DNA of 64,000 nucleotides, from positions 992,001 through 1,056,000 of the forward strand of contig CM068752.1 of NCBI GenBank assembly GCA_035084275.1, written 5' to 3'. Below are positions 11,771-24,170 of this stretch, one piece after another (within the stretch, counting starts at the first letter, position 1; every line of letters starts with the position of its first letter). Made by a program: the position numbers and the translations under genes. Source of the DNA: Hydrolagus colliei. Taxonomy: Eukaryota. Below the pieces are notes generated by a model, which saw only the letters and a program-made list of their open reading frames with translations, was not told where the DNA came from and made no database searches.

Positions 11771-14700
11771 AAGTGTGGCTTCGTAGGAGAGATGTCGAGT
11801 AAAAACTCCTTCAGTACTGTTTTCCCACGAAGGTTGTCCATGTGTTTTTGTTAACTTCCAAACTCAGAACACTCCTTTCATTTCTGGGCAAAGGTCCCTT
11901 CTCTTTCCGAAGTAGTGTTTGGTGGGGGTGGGTGGGGGGGGGGGGGGTGAAATCTTAAACTGTGTTTCCAAATCCCACACCAGCCATCTCCGTAACTTCG
12001 AGTGAGACGTACAAATTGCACCAAATTAACACAGTCTGCGTTGTGCTGCTGAGATTGTTCCAACAGCATCTGTAGAGAATTCGGGTAAGGTTTACTAGGC
12101 GGCAGTGAGGGCTGTGTTTAAGGTCTGGGCTCTCGTTATAAAGCACATAACAACAACAACAACCGCCACAAGAACAAGTCACATTTGTCCAGCGCCCTTT
12201 TCGTCGTCAGGGCCTCCCCAAGGCGCTGGACTGGACGGTCAGGTATTTGGCTCAATTCGTGGGAGAACTAAATAACGTTCAGACGAAAGCTGGTTTTGAT
12301 TTTCAGAGAGGTTCGAAGCACCCAGCGATGAGCCTTTCGCATTGCGCGCTGACCAGAATAATATCCGTGAGTCCGGGAGGGCAAAAACAATTACACATAA
12401 ATCACAATGTCAATAACTCAACGTTATTCAGTCTCTGGGACTTGGAACCAATTTAAGTGGCAAATGGGTTTAATCATGTCCTGACCAGTGCCTTCAATGC
12501 GCCTGAACTTTAATTTCACCTTTCCTATTGCCTTATCTACCTCGTACATTGTAGATAATGCCTATGTCCTTTTGAATTTCTGTTACAGTAAGCGGGCCTG
12601 ACTTGGACAGGTGTAACGGCAGGTTCTATCGAGTGGCTGGGAGACTATTTTGAGCTGAATAATTTCAATTTACAGGCTGAGGCTCGCAAAACACACTGCA
12701 CCTTAATTCATATTAACAAACGGCTTCTCCTCGTTGGAAATAGTCACCAATGCCTAGGTCGAAAGAAATCCCTTTACAAACGAACACTGGTGATTTTCAT
12801 CTTGCAAATATGCTGCTTCGGTTTTAAAGCAAACATATCAGCGAAAGACTGATGTCAGCTTTACCAAGTCAATTAATGATTGAGTCTTGAACTTTCCCTC
12901 TCTCTTTCTCTGTGGAACAATTACCTCTGGGGCCCACTTCAAACGCATGGCTTTGATGTCTAAAGTTTTCAGCACGAGACAGGACTGTAAAAACCTGACC
13001 AATATTTTTTTGGGGGGGAAGTTTGCCAACTGTGAATGCTTCAATCAGATTTGGATGTGCTTGTTCGTTGCAAAATAGTACGGCAATTTAACTGCGAGAC
13101 AATTGGCTGACCGAGCCTGTCAATGTGCACTGGTGATTTTCATCTCACGCAGATGCTATTTATCAACATTACGTTCGCAAGCGTCAGAAACAAGGACGAT
13201 AGATACCAAAACGTAGGCGTTCAGCGGCATCTAATTGAACTGTCCACCTGCCGTATATCTTTTGCTTCTCTGGAAATGGTGAGCTTATCTCATAATTTAT
13301 CTCAGCGCATCGGTTCATTGAGATACCAATGGATCCAGATTCTGTTTGCAAGTTGTTCCAAGGGTTATTAACGCGTTAAGGTTCGGCCTCACAGAATATA
13401 TTGTAAAGTACAGTGATTGTGAATTTCGTGAGGGCCAAACGCGGCAGCCCATTGCGCACAGCAGTGCCCCACAAACAGTCATGGATTGAGCGGCCAAATT
13501 ATTCTTACTTATTCCGTTTAAAACGGGGATTGAGAGTACACGAATCCTGTTCTGTCTCAAGGTCGCGATCCAGTTCCTTTAGAGAGTTACTGTGTGGACA
13601 GAAAGAGTAACCAGCGTTCCCCTCGCCACATCACCGCTGTTTCTTTGAAAGAAATCTCATTTTATGAGGTTGTCGAGCAGTTTATTCTCCGGGCAAATGT
13701 AATGATGTGGCTGTTGTTGTAGTCATTGGAAACAAAGCAGCATAAAGAGAGTATATATAAGAACTCGCAGCAGAGTTTACCAGTGTTGGAAGCACGCAGA
13801 AAAAAACGCTGCATCAAATCCCAACGAATTCAATCTTGGCTAACAATTCCAATCAGACTGCAATTCCACACACTTATCTCTGGGACCAGCATCTGTGGAT
13901 CCTGCGCGCCAACTGTGAGGCTAATGGAGTTACTCGGTTATGTGATTGGCATGTTTGATTGAAGTTTACTTTCATCGTTCACCCTATTGAGATCTCCTGG
14001 TTTGTTCCTTCACCAGGATAGCTAGCTACTGCATTTTCCAGTCCATTTATGCCTCCATTTTAATAACCGTGGCAGAGGAAACGCATGCGATTTTCTTCCC
14101 CCATCTCGTCTCCCCCTCACTAATCTTTCTCTCCTTTACGGGAGGCGGATTTTATTCACCTCCTAGGAAGAAACTGGTTTGGGATCAGCAATAACATAAG
14201 AGTCTTAGATAAGCTTGGCTACAGGTCTTGTCATCTGGAATAGCAATGGGGCAAAATAATGCTTTGGGACATCCGCACCGGATGAAAGGCCCTCTATCAA
14301 TGCAAATTGCGTATTGTGGTTTATGTTGGCATTGATTCTGTAGACAAACAGAGCAGTCAATTTGTGCATAACACTGTCCCACAGTCAGACTTGGTGGGCA
14401 ACAAACAAAAACAGATTTAAATGAGGATTGTGGAGAGGGGATTTAAAGTTCAGTTATTCCTGTATTGTGGCACAGAGATGCTTGTTAGCTTCGGAGAGTC
14501 AAAGCCCTTGTGCGACAAACAGACTTGATTATCAGCCAAGGCTTCAAACTTAGCGATAGATTTAGGCAAATTTACAAATGGGAATTTGATCCTTTGTAAA
14601 TCGTTTTCCTTGGCTAATTTCGATTCAGATTCTGCGTTGATACAAACATCCACGTTTTTGTTCTACATAAAGGGAAGATTTAGCGCATTCCAATCTGAAA

Positions 14701-15113
14701 ATTGTGGTAATTATACCGAGCGGCAACCACCGATCCTGAATTTTACCGAGGGAGCTTTGCTTGACCTAATTCAAATTACGTATCACTTCCCAGCGCAGTC
14801 TCTGCTTTCCCTCAGGCACATTTATACTGTTGCCACACAAGAGAGGCTTTTGCATCAATGTGACTCCTGACACTTTGTGATACCACTGATGCGCAAAAAG
14901 ACAGACTGCACAAATAATGAGAACCATTTTCCCCCAAACTACTGGCTTAAATGCGTATGCATTGCGAGTACAATAACGCTGGTCACCAGGGATGACTTTT
15001 AATACGCAGCTATTTCAGTGGGGCCAGCTTCATTGGTATTCAAAGAAATAAAATAGTTTACAGTCCTGGTGTTTGCAGCCTCGATAAGGCGCCATATCAA
15101 ATGCAGGGATATC

Positions 15114-15412
15114 AATAATCCTTGCAATTTTGATATAGCGCTTTTCAACGTCTTATCGACGTCTTAAAACGCTTCACAGAATATACTGTAAAGCGAATAT
15201 TTGTGGGTGAAATGTGGCAGCCAATTGCGCACAGCAGCGTCCCCCACAAACAGTCGTGGATTTAAATGGGTTTTTTGGGTACGGATTATTATTAGGCGTG
15301 TGTGTGTGTGCGCGTGTGGAGTAAGGAAACTTGCCCAAGGCTTCGCCGTGACCTGCCTGGATTCGATTCTCACGCTTGTAAGGCAAGTGCTCTAACCACT
15401 GAGCTTCAGGAG
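15114..15412 (-). mobile_element. SINE (main family), near full length
   Basis: Tail, body and head are all present on the minus strand. Confidence 0.9.
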
Positions 15413-15433
15413 TATTGGTTAATAATACAGTAC

Positions 15434-15600
15434 CAATAATAATAATCCTTGCATTTGATATAGCGCCTTATCAAGTTGTTTCAAAGCGCTTCACAAAATA
15501 TACTGTAAAGTGTAGTTATCTGTAATACTTTGTGGGCGAAATGCAGCAGCCAATCGCGCACAGCAGTCTCCCACGAACTGTCATGGATCGGACAACCAAA
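15434..15600 (-). mobile_element. SINE 3' fragment
   Basis: Reverse complement of tail and body. Confidence 0.85.
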
Positions 15601-16350
15601 TCCTGGTCAATATTTTTTTTCCCCCCCTAAAGGGCTAGGGTGCGTTAGCGTTTAATTGAAAAATAGTCTCCATGAGTTGACCCTGGATTCTTAAAGAGCT
15701 CGTCCATAATTCTTCCGCAGGTGTTTCATTCGCGAAACAATTGGTGAAGCGTTACAGCACCACTAACTTTTGTAGCCGTGTGGTGAGCGATTTCTGTTTG
15801 CAGCCTGACGTGTTCTAAAACCTGCCTGAATGTGTTCAACCCTCTTGTCACGCACGGTTATTCAGTGGCTGCCTCCAATTCCCTCTCCTTAATTCTATAA
15901 TCTTTTACCAGCAGATGCCGAGAGAGAGAGAGAGAGAGAGAGAAAAAACATCTTCAGCAGGCTCCTGACATTTGAAGATAAATTTAATGGTTAAAAAAAA
16001 GTCTTGCTACTTTTCATCTTATCCTGCCCAGATTTTATCTAGCAGTCGTTCGCTGCTTAAAGGTGACTGTCTCTCTCCAGCCTTAAGAGATATGTCAAGC
16101 CCTTCGCTTGCGCTTAATGAAGCATCTCGTCGCCTCGCTCTGCACAGATCGCGAAAAAAACAACTCCTTTGCCTTTTCAAATCAAACTCCAACGTGGTTT
16201 CGAAACGCCTTTGTTATCTTTTCGCGTCGCCTTTCAAATCCGTACCCCGACTTTTGCGATCCCAGTCACTGTTCCTTTCCTTCAAGCACTTTTCAAACGG
16301 TTCAATCAATTCTAGCAAGTTTCCCCCACGTAGCCGAGGAAAACAATTAA

Positions 16351-16519
16351 TTTCCACTCTCCCGTGTTTACCTAACAGGCGGTAACAGCCGGGTGGTTAG
16401 TCGATTGGCGGATCGCAAATAATTCTGTCAAAAAAAAAAATTGGTCACTTCAATCCATGATTGTTTGTGGGACACTGCTGTGCTTTCTAGGGCATGTTAA
16501 AAACTCAATACAATGCACT
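16351..16519 (+). mobile_element. Variant SINE (second family), 5'-truncated
   Basis: Shares TGTTTACC, TTAGTCGATTGGCGGATCGC and the tail GCTTTCTAGGGCATGTTAAAAACTCAATACAATGCACT with 10186-10467. Confidence 0.8.
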
Positions 16520-17341
16520 CCCATAATAATAATAATACTCCTTGCATTTGACATAACGCCTTATTTACCACATCTTCTGGATGCCTCAAATGGTTTCACG
16601 GAATGTACTGTAAAGTGAACTGAAGACGTGAAAAGCCCGATATCAAACGCATGGAACATTATTATTATTATTATTATTGTCAATTAAACAAATGTGCCAG
16701 GAATCCAAAGTCCGGAGTGTGCATTTCAATCCTAAGAACCCGTTCCGCGTAGGAAGTCAATTGCCTTTGAAGAGGTTTTATCTGCCTCTTGCAGGAATCT
16801 GAAATTCTCCGTGAAATCACCGCCACCGTTTATTTTGAAACGAGTCACTCCCGCACGTCCCAGGAGTCCCGAGCGAAAACGGTCAAGTTGATTGCCGTGC
16901 TGGTTCATCCGAGAGTTCACCTGTTGTCAAAGGATCCTGCCACTGTTCACCTCCTCTCTTGCTGAGCAGTTTCCTGGCTCGAGTCAAGATAAAGCAACAG
17001 AAGGGCAACGGCTGCGAATTCTCGAACGTAGAGCAATTGTTTTCAGGAGTTTGAAGGGACTGATTTCAAACCATTTGGATTCTGTGACAGTTTCTCAAGG
17101 ATAACGCCTCTGGGATAGAGGAGAAAGTTTTTTTGTGGGGGGCTTTGATCTGATGCACACGCACGGTTTTGTGTTATATTTCCTGTCTCAATGTCTGACA
17201 ACTTATGCCTCGTCAGCTGCTGTTGCATTATGAAGTGTTTTCTTCTGCGCCACTGTGTGTTACTGTTGTCTCTCTTTGGTTTTACGCTGTGATCTAGTTA
17301 TTGGCGTGCTGCTATTTTGAGAAAATCCAGTGGAAGACACA

Positions 17342-17675
17342 TCCTGGAGCTCAGTGGTTAGAGCGCTCGCCTTACAAGCGTGAGACCTGTGTTCGAATCC
17401 AGGCAGATCAGGGCAAAACCTTGGGCAAGTTTCCTTAATCTACACGCCTAATAATAATTCCTCTAAAAAAACCCCAATAATAAAATTGGTCATTTTCAAT
17501 CCACGACTGTTTGTGTGGGGGACGCTGCTGTGCGCAATCGGCTGCCGCGTTCCGCCCACAAATATCCAGTCAATTCACTTTACAGTGTATTCTGTGTGAA
17601 GCTCTTTGAAACGTCGCTAAGATGTGAAAAGCGCTATATCAAGTGCAAGTATTATTACTGTAGTATTATTATTAT
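17342..17675 (+). mobile_element. SINE (main family), full length
   Basis: Box A/B head, body and tail. The internal CA tract is minimal. Confidence 0.92.
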
Positions 17676-17715
17676 AAAGCAAAGTAAATCACAGTCAGTC
17701 GTGGCTATATTTGTT

Positions 17716-17733
17716 CTGCCACCAGATGGCTGG
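17716..17733 (+). promoter_or_regulatory. Candidate CTCF site
   Basis: CTGCCACCAGATGGCTGG matches the CTCF core CCACCAGRKGGC. Motif match only. Confidence 0.3.
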
Positions 17734-18568
17734 GGAGAAGAACTACAGTCGGAAATCTGTGATGAAAGCGATCTCACTAAATTGAACCTCTTGTTGCTGT
17801 CTGATGACAAAACGCTACCCCCTAAAGGGAACTGAAGACTTCAGCTGGTTTACCTCTCAGGTGCTGGCACATTATCCTCGTGAGAATTGAATAAAAGTAA
17901 CATTTACATACCTTACGTTGAGCACTTTTCTCTCCTCTGTGAAATCCTGGCGAGGAAGGAAACCAGCCTTCCACGACTAGACTGTCCACCGCTTTCACCA
18001 ACTGTAGTGTCAATGACGCGAGGTTGATTGCTTGCAGGATACAGATGTAATTGTTCTTTAATCCACAATACACAACTGAATGTTTTACTCAATCCAATGT
18101 TTATGGCAACTTTGCAAACCAGCTTCTTTCCAATACATTCTTTCACACTCTCTCTCTCTCTCTCCAACTCTCTCCTAGTCATTATTCCCCAGAATCCTTA
18201 TGCACCTGTCCCATTCTTAATTGCCATTTATGTTGTTAAAGTTAATGTGCAACAAGGTTGAGGTCTAGGTGGTGATATCAAGTTTCTCGCACATTTTATG
18301 TGTGTGTTTTTTCCACCCCACTCACCATACCTCTCTGAATTCAATACTTGTCTGATCAGCAAACCTGAGAGGCAGAGTGAGCAGGGACTTTCTGGAGGTT
18401 GAGGATGAACACTAACATAACGAGGTGGGAGAGCCTAGGCTGGATGGAGTCAATTCTCAGTCACACAATACCAGAGCTTGAATCCAATCTGTGTTCCATC
18501 CATTCATTGTGGTAGTTTGATCACTCAATCCACGACGATTTGTGGGACACTGCTGTGAGCAATTATAC

Positions 18569-18797
18569 AATAATAATGATAATAATAATCCTTGCTATTT
18601 GGATATAGAGCTTTTCACGTCTTCTAGACGTCTCAAAGCGCTTCACAAAATCTACTGTAAAGTGAGTTGACTGTATATATTGGTGGGCGAAACACGGCAG
18701 CCAATTGCGCACAGCAGCGTCCCCACCAACAGTCGCGGATTGAAAATGACCAATTTTTATTATAGGTTATTTTTGGATGGATTATTATTAGGCTCGC

Positions 18798-18831
<34 letters not shown>

Positions 18832-18930
18832 AGTGAAGGAACTTGTCCAAGGTTTCACCCTGAACTGGCTGGATTCGAAACACAAGTTCTGTAAGGCGAG
18901 TGTTGCTCTAACCACTGAGCCACGGGACTT
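18569..18930 (-). mobile_element. SINE (main family), full length
   Basis: Complete reverse complement including (TG)n. Confidence 0.92.
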
Positions 18931-19304
18931 CTCCTCCTGCCCACAAAACATGCAGTCAATTCACTTTACAGTATGTTCTGTGAAATGCTTTGAGACGTCT
19001 CAAAGACGTTATATCAAGCGCACGGATGCGCTTGTGCGTGAGCCTAAGCTTTGATGAGAAGCACTGTTCCATTGTGCTCAGGCCAGTGAACGAAAACATA
19101 ATCTATTGCCAGCCAGCAAACCGAGGTGACAAAGCTTTTTGTTTCATTTTGTCGAGAGCTGCCCCCAATGTTGTTCTCTAATAAGTACAAGTGCAGAGGT
19201 ACAAAGGCAGAAAGCAAAAGAAACACTGGCAGAGAAAACTACTCGCCCAAGAGTCAACAAATGGAAACGTGGAGCTCAAGCGATGAAACGTTGCAAAAAA
19301 TCAG

Positions 19305-19395
19305 TTTGTGTGTGTAAGTGTGTGTGTGTGAGAGTATGTGTGTGAGAGTGTGTGAGAGAGAGAGTATGTGTGTGAGAGTGTGTGTGTGTATGTGG
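19305..19395. repeat. Compound (TG)n/(AG)n microsatellite
   Basis: Read directly from the sequence. Confidence 0.9.
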
Positions 19396-19424
19396 AGCTG
19401 TCATGTAGTCAGCTTGTTTGTTTG

Positions 19425-19695
19425 TCTGGAACTCCATCTCACAGTCCCTCCGCCTCCCTCCCTCCCTCCCTCCCTCCCTCCCTCGCCTCCTTCAAGACCG
19501 TCCTCCCTCACCGTGCTTTCTTCTGCCATCCCAACCATCTCCCTTCCCCTCCTAACTCTCTCCCGCCCCTACCCTCACTACACCCCTCCCCTGTCCCTTG
19601 CTCGGGTCCCGACCTGACCATTCAGCGCCTTGGGACGTCCTCCCCACGTGAAAGACGCCGTGTAAAAATATAATTTATGTGTTGTGTTGTTGTCG
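19425..19695 (+). mobile_element. L2 LINE 3' fragment
   Basis: TGGAACTCCATCTCACAGTCCCTCCGCC...TCCTTCAAGAC, C-rich UTR, CAGCGCCTTGGGACGTCCTCCCCACGTGAAAG tail. Confidence 0.8.
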
Positions 19696-20132
19696 TTACA
19701 TTGAAAACACGAGCATTTCACACCAGATGGTTGTCGAAAGCTCTGATCTATACCTGGCGCCTCTGACTGTTTCAAATCTCGGTGCCCAACGAATAGATTT
19801 AGAGTTACAAATTTTATCCAACAAAGTGGCTTTTTTTGCCTGCTTTCTGCGCCGAACTGTGCTTTTCTGACGTACGGAGTTGTGGCCAGCAGGATGGTTC
19901 AGCGACAAAAAAAATCACGACATTATCACGAAATATTGACTTTCTGTAATATTCTTATTATGCACCTTAAAGGAGTTTTGTTGTCGGCTTGTATATAGAT
20001 TGGAACCTCGGGCAGCCAATAATTAACCCTCTTCACCATTCCCTTTTAACGAACTGCTTGCTATCTCATACCCAAGGTGTAATCCTCCCATTCGTACACT
20101 CGATATAGCGCGTTGTTGAGGCATCTGATTGT

Positions 20133-20490
20133 GTGGAGCTCAGTGGGTTAGAGCTCTCGCCTAAGAAGCGTGAAACCTGTGATCGAATCCAGGCAGGTCA
20201 GGGGGTGAAACCTTGGGCAAGTTTCCTTACTCCACACACACACACAAACACACAAACACACACCCCTAATAATAATCCCTATAAAACCCCCCCCACAATA
20301 ATTTAAAAAAATCATTTTAATCCATGACTGTTTGTGGGGACGCTGCTGTGCGCAATTGCCTTCCGCGCTTCGCCCACAAATATACAGTCAATTCACTTTA
20401 TAGTACATTCTGTGAAGCGCTTCGAGACACAGTCTAGAAGACGTGAAAAGCGCTACATCAAATGCAAGGATTATTATTACTATTATTATT
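20133..20490 (+). mobile_element. SINE (main family), full length
   Basis: Head, (CA)n, body and tail. Confidence 0.92.
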
Positions 20491-21902
20491 ATCTTATTTA
20501 AAAGCTTAAATATTATTATCTTATTTAAAAGCTTAAATCTTATTTACAAGATACAGTATATTGCAAAGTGCAGTGACTGTGCCTTTGTGGAGAAATAAAA
20601 AAAGCAAACACAGCATCGCAGCAGGTATGGCTTTGGGCCCCGATCTTTCTTTAAGGCTTGTTTTGAGTTAAATATTATTCATAAGGTACGGAGCACAATA
20701 ATTCAATCTATTGCGACAGGTTTGTCACTCCGCTGAGGGTCAGAGGAATGCAGAGGCCAAAGTTACTTCAATTTACATATTAATACAAGCATTCTTCAAG
20801 CCTTCACAGCAAACCAGATGCTTTTGTACTGCAAATAGCACCCTGTATCGTGGAGCGGTGCAGTTCTGCACACAGATATCACTATGGCCTTATCCCATTA
20901 AATCTGATCCTGAATAGGACAAAATAGACACGGTTTAATTGATAGGATTGTAGTTTTGCGGCTAATGAGTTGCTAATGTCGCTCGTGTTGCAATCCCCGC
21001 ACATCTGTGCCAACTGATTAACATTCCGTCAATATCCGGGCGAGCAAAGGAGAGGAATGATTGAAATTCCTGCCTTCTATAAGCTGATACCTGTGCTATT
21101 ATCATGGACAATGGCGGTAATTCCATCCTGAAGAAATTCAGATAACTATCGTAAAGCGCTAAAGTGGTTTAATTTATATTTGGGTCTAAATCCCCCGATT
21201 GGATTACGGCCTCGAATTCATGATTTGCGGTTTCTTTTTAAAACTCGGTGTTTGCAGATTTCATATCTCTCCGCGACATGTCTGCGTTTTGTTTCCGACC
21301 CGTGACTATCGGGTCTTTGACAGCCGCCGCTGTGCGTTATGTTGCCTTCACGCGTTGACCTTCACACCCCCACCAAAAAAAGCAACTATCTGTGTGTTGT
21401 GTGACTTTGATAATCAAACCATCGATTAATTCCAGTCCGGTCCTCGTGGCAAAAAACCTCCCATTTACTGTTTGGTTGGTTCTGCGACGAAAGGTGATGA
21501 ACCGCAGACATCGCACTGATTTCGTTCCAACAAACACATGCATCCGGAAATTAATTCTGCGGCTTTATTTTGCAACCTTACTCTCATTATTACAAATTTG
21601 AACAGGGAGCTGGCTGTTCATCTCATTACAATGCAAATGTAGGATTTCAGGCAGCAGAATTTAGAGGGAATTGGGTTTCCAAACAGAGGGGTAGTGGTTG
21701 AAAGCTCATCCACTGACAGACGAGCAGAGGGGATGGAGGATATGAAGCTGGTCAGAGTAGAGAGAGTGGGAAAGGGAGTCGGACTTCAAAAGACGATTGA
21801 GGAACGGAATGTCGATGCGTATTGTAGGTATTTGTAGCTACAAAAACAACAACTTTGATTTATCCAGTGCCCTCCACACCGGATGGGGCTCAGAGCGCTT
21901 TT

Positions 21903-22195
21903 GAGAGCACTAGCTCACCTTACAAGCGTGAGACCTGTGTTTCGAATCCAAGCGGGTCAGGACGAAACCTTGGGCAAGTTTCCTTACTCCACACACACGC
22001 ACACACACTCACATACACCTACTAATAATCCCTCCCAAAAAAAAACTATAATAAATCGGTTATTTCAATCCACGACTGTTTGCGGGGATGCTGCTGTGCG
22101 CAATTGGCTGCCTGCGTTTCACCCACAAAATATCCAGCCAATTCACTTCACAGTGTAGGCTTGCAATATCAATTACAAGGAACGTTATTATTAAT
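21903..22195 (+). mobile_element. SINE (main family), both ends damaged
   Basis: Head from GAGAGCAC onward, body, and a tail with a deletion. Confidence 0.85.
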
Positions 22196-22993
22196 TATTT
22201 TGATGCTAAGAGTCTCAAGACTTTTGCGAAACAGAGGCCTTACAATGTTGTTGTTATTCTTCCAACCAGGACAGTAACACAGAGGGATATCTCACAGTAG
22301 GGGTGGCGAGGTGGGGGGGGTGGGGTTCAACATGGCTCAGGTCTACAGCTCAAAGTGTTAGCTTTGGGATACAATCAGTGGTCCCTCTTGGACTTCGATG
22401 TTATGATGGTTGAAAACTGCCCAGATCTGGGGCTTAACCCTGAAACGATTAAAACAGTGAGGGCGGCACCAAGCAGAAACCGTCAAACATTTAAAGGAAC
22501 ATCGGGAAGGCGTAGGGCAGAATCAATCATTTCATTTAGCTTCTGTGTTTTTTTCTGCCAAGGAAAGAATCACACAGTTAATCCTTCAGAGACGCGATCA
22601 ATTATTCCCCTCGCCACTCCAAAAATGGCAGGTGAATGTAGCCTTTCCCCAATCGATGAAATATTTGCGTGCGTTCGAATTCACTTTGGAAATTCACTAG
22701 CCACATTGATTGCGCACAATTGTGCGCCATGATTCCCCTGCAGCTATTTGCTTCACTCCAAGTCCGTGAAGATAATTCCCGTTTCAGAGAGATTAGAAAC
22801 AGCCGCCAATGGAAATGATCAGCGCTTATTGATGTTGAAGTGTGTGCAAATGAGCCAAATTATTTAGTTAGGGTATAAATAGCCAATAAAGGCTGCGGAG
22901 TTTTCAGCTGCCATTGGACGGATGCCAGGGACCCACAGAATGGGTTCTGAATACACAATGAGCAGCTTCTGTTCCCTTCCGAATGGTCTCATC

Positions 22994-23100
22994 GCGGAGC
23001 TTCCGTAGCTCAGTGGGTTAGAGCGCTCGCCTTACAAGCGTGAGAGACCTGTGTTTCGAATCCAGGCAGGTCAGGGCGAAACCTTGGGCAAGTTTCCTTA

Positions 23101-23142
<42 letters not shown>

Positions 23143-23318
23143 CTAATAATAATCCATCTGAAAAAAAGCAATAATAAATTGGTCATTTTCAATCCACGAC
23201 TGTTTGTGGGGGGACGCTGCTGTGCGCAATTGGCTGCCGCGTTTCGCCCACAAATATGCAGTCATTTAACTTTACAGTATATTCTGTGAAGCGCTTCGAG
23301 ACGTCTGCAAGACGTGAA
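22994..23318 (+). mobile_element. SINE (main family), near full length
   Basis: Head, (CA)n and body. The tail stops at GACGTGAA. Confidence 0.92.
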
Positions 23319-23319
23319 T

Positions 23320-23414
23320 TTGCCCAAAGTTTCGCTCTGACCTGCCTGGATTCAAAACACAGGTCTCACGCTTGTAAGGCGAGTGCTCTATAACCAGTGA
23401 GTTACAGGAGCTCC
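23320..23414 (-). mobile_element. Inverted SINE head fused to the preceding copy
   Basis: TTGCCCAAAGTTTCGCTCTGACCTGCCTGGATTCAAAAC...GTTACAGGAGCTCC. Confidence 0.88.
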
Positions 23415-23889
23415 AAAGGTAGACATGTATTCAAAAGATGGCACCTCTGACTCCTTTCGCTGGCGTAACCTGTGAACTCAAAGCCTCCAATGTGAGGTTT
23501 GAATCCCAAACACGTTCTGATGCAGAGACAAGATGATGCAATGCTATTGCTATCTGCCCTTAGCTTCACAAATGCTGAGCTCCCCCACCCAGCAGCCTTC
23601 ATTGATGAGGAAGGAGTCAAAATGTTGGTGAAATTGGCATCTCACACCGAGCAGCTTAAGACCGTGAGTAGAACTTGGCTTCGGACGCCCGTTTTAAATG
23701 TTTCCAGGCCTCAGAAGTGATGACCAAAGCTGGAATTGTAATGGTCAGGATTCCCACTGCTCCTTTGAAATGACATTCCTTTGTGTAGTCTGGAACCTTC
23801 AATATTGCGAGCCCACCAGAGCTCGACTTGATCTACAAATAGTTGCTTTGTTAATACGGAGCTGAAAGGGAGTTCAATGCAATAATACT

Positions 23890-24170
23890 GTAATAATAAT
23901 ACCGTATAATAATACAATCCTTGCATTTGATATAGTGCTTTTCACGTCTTCTAGACGTCTCGAAGCGCTTCACAGAATACACTGTGAAGTGAACTAACTG
24001 ACTGTATATTTGTGGGCGAATCGCGGCAGCCAATCGCGCACAGCAGCGTTCCCCCCACAAACAGTCATGGAATTGCAAACGACCCATTTTATTGTTGTGA
24101 TGAGGCAACCCCAACGGTTCGCCCTACCTGGGAACCGAACCCAGATTCTCTCGCTTTGCGAGGCGAGTGC
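23890..24170 (-). mobile_element. SINE with internal deletion and older-type head
   Basis: Tail and body, then GAACCCAGATTCTCTCGC...GAGGCGAGTGC. Confidence 0.8.

Noticed and set aside
16776-16965. Strong acceptor TTTTATCTGCCTCTTGCAG|G followed by ~56 open codons
   Set aside because: No good donor or recognisable peptide.
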